From contig MU056000.1 of assembly GCA_013239625.1 (NCBI GenBank), positions 12,537,175 to 12,601,174 on the forward strand: a stretch of DNA of 64,000 nucleotides, read 5' to 3'. Of the stretch, positions 62,670 through 64,000 are shown in pieces. Every line of letters begins with the position of its first letter. Within the stretch, counting starts at the first letter, position 1. This stretch comes from Lama guanicoe. Its lineage: Eukaryota. The translations under genes and the position numbers were made by a program. A model generated the notes under the pieces. It was not told the origin of the DNA. It was given only the letters and a program-made list of their open reading frames with translations, and made no database searches.

Positions 62670-63163
62670 TTTTTTAAAATAGTTTATTTTAAATTGAAGT
62701 AGAGCTGATTCACAATGTTGTGTTAGTTTCAGGTGTACAGCAAAGTGACTGTTATACATATACATATATAGAGAGATATACTTTTTCAGATTCTTTTCCA
62801 TTATAGGTTATTACAAGATAATGAATATGGTTCCCTCTGCTCTACAGAAACATATATAAGTAGGTCCTTCTTTATCTATTTTATATATAGAAGTGTGTAT
62901 ATGTTAATCCCAGTCTCCTAAATTTTTCCCCCTTTCCTCTTTGGTAACTTTATAAATTTGTTTTCTACATCTGTGAGTCTATTTCTATTCTGTAAATAAG
63001 TTCGTTTGTGTCATTTTTTAAAAATGATTCCACATGTAAGTCATATCGTGTTATGTTTGTTTTTCTCTGTCTGACTTACTTCACTTAGTATGATCATCTC
63101 CAGCTCCATCCATGTTGCTGCAAATGGCATTATTTCATTCTTTTCTATGGCTGAGGAATACCG
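62670..63163 (-). mobile_element. L1 3' end
   Basis: aattgaagtagagctgattcacaatgttgtgttagtttcaggtgtacagcaaagtga...ccatccatgttgctgcaaatggcattatttcattc. Approximate TSD gaatt(gc)ttcttttt on both sides. Confidence 0.92.
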
Positions 63164-63899
63164 AATTTCTTTTTAAAAGTGCTGATTCCTATTCTTCCCC
63201 GCCTCTAATTATGTTTCAGTTGGTCTTAGGTTGTGCCCAGTAATCTGAATTTTAAGAAGATTCCCAAATGGTTCCCAAACAGAAGTTGGAAAAGAACTCA
63301 AAGTACTAATTTCCAATTCCTCATAATATCTCCACGTAAAACACAAGACAGCATGATTTATCTGCAGGTTTTGTCTGAGACAACTTGCCTCAGATTATAA
63401 TCCTTCACATAGATTTTCTATATTGAAGCATCGGCCCATCATATCTTCTTGGCCCCTAGATCCCAGGAGAGGAAGAAGACTATTTGAGCTATTTCTCTGT
63501 AATCTTTAAAATTCTTGCCTCTATATGTTTTCATAGCCTGTATTGTCAGTGAGCAGTCATATCTCTGCATTTTCCCCTTGTAATTACAAACGAAGTGACA
63601 GTGACCTCAAATGATGCTCTCTTGGCCTGCTCTTCCTGCCCCAAAGGATGGTCCTCTGTATGTAGCAGACACCTCTGACATCAGAACTGTAATAGTTACA
63701 TGCAGGTGTGCACCCAGCAACGGCAGAGGTGGGGCGTGCCATGAATGAACTAAAGATGTGACCTTTTAAATATCACTTCTCTTAAGGTCTCAAGTTGTGG
63801 GATGAATACTTGGAAAACATCATACCAAACATCATACAGCCCAACCAGCATAATTTGCTCTACTTCCACTAATGGGGAAAACATTAGTGAGTTTTCTTC

Positions 63900-64000
63900 A
63901 TTTTATTTATTTATTTTTTATTGAAGTATAGTTGATTTATAAAGTTGTGTTAGTTTCCAGTATACAGCATAGTGATCCAGTTACATATACATATATATAT
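63900..64000 (-). mobile_element. L1 3' end (runs off the window)
   Basis: (TTTA)n tail, then attgaagtatagttgatttataaagttgtgttagtttccagtatacagcatagtga. Confidence 0.9.

Noticed and set aside
1..64000. Short ORFs in the six-frame track as protein-coding genes
   Set aside because: Many start at GTG/TTG, overlap L1, L2, MLT or MER repeats and resemble no protein I know. Only the gag and L2 remnants translate to recognisable motifs.

Overview
Mammalian non-coding DNA, very probably from a camelid (a Vic-1-type tRNA-derived SINE lies at about 23.0-23.2 kb). I could not recognise any intact protein-coding gene. Nearly all ORFs in the track are chance frames or come from repeats. The window is rich in old eutherian repeats (L2, MIR, MER5/MER58-type hAT elements, MLT1/MLT2/MER21 LTRs) and in 5'-truncated L1 copies, several with visible target-site duplications (TSDs). 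A CpG-enriched promoter/first-exon-like segment at about 9.3-9.8 kb, several + strand exon-like segments and a mostly antisense LTR orientation suggest the 5' region of a long + strand gene that I cannot name. The standout object is a 1,421-bp class I ERV derivative (24661-26081) inserted into a MER58-type transposon. It has a 5' LTR, a perfect tRNA-His primer binding site (PBS), a leader with four GACG-tetraloop hairpins (two duplicated pairs, like the gammaretroviral packaging signal) and a decayed gag 5' end with a PSAP motif. In place of a 3' LTR it ends in an inverted copy of the first 68 bp of the LTR (U3), which gives TG...CA termini and a 4-bp TSD. Family names of old repeats are assigned from memory of consensus sequences, and their boundaries are approximate.
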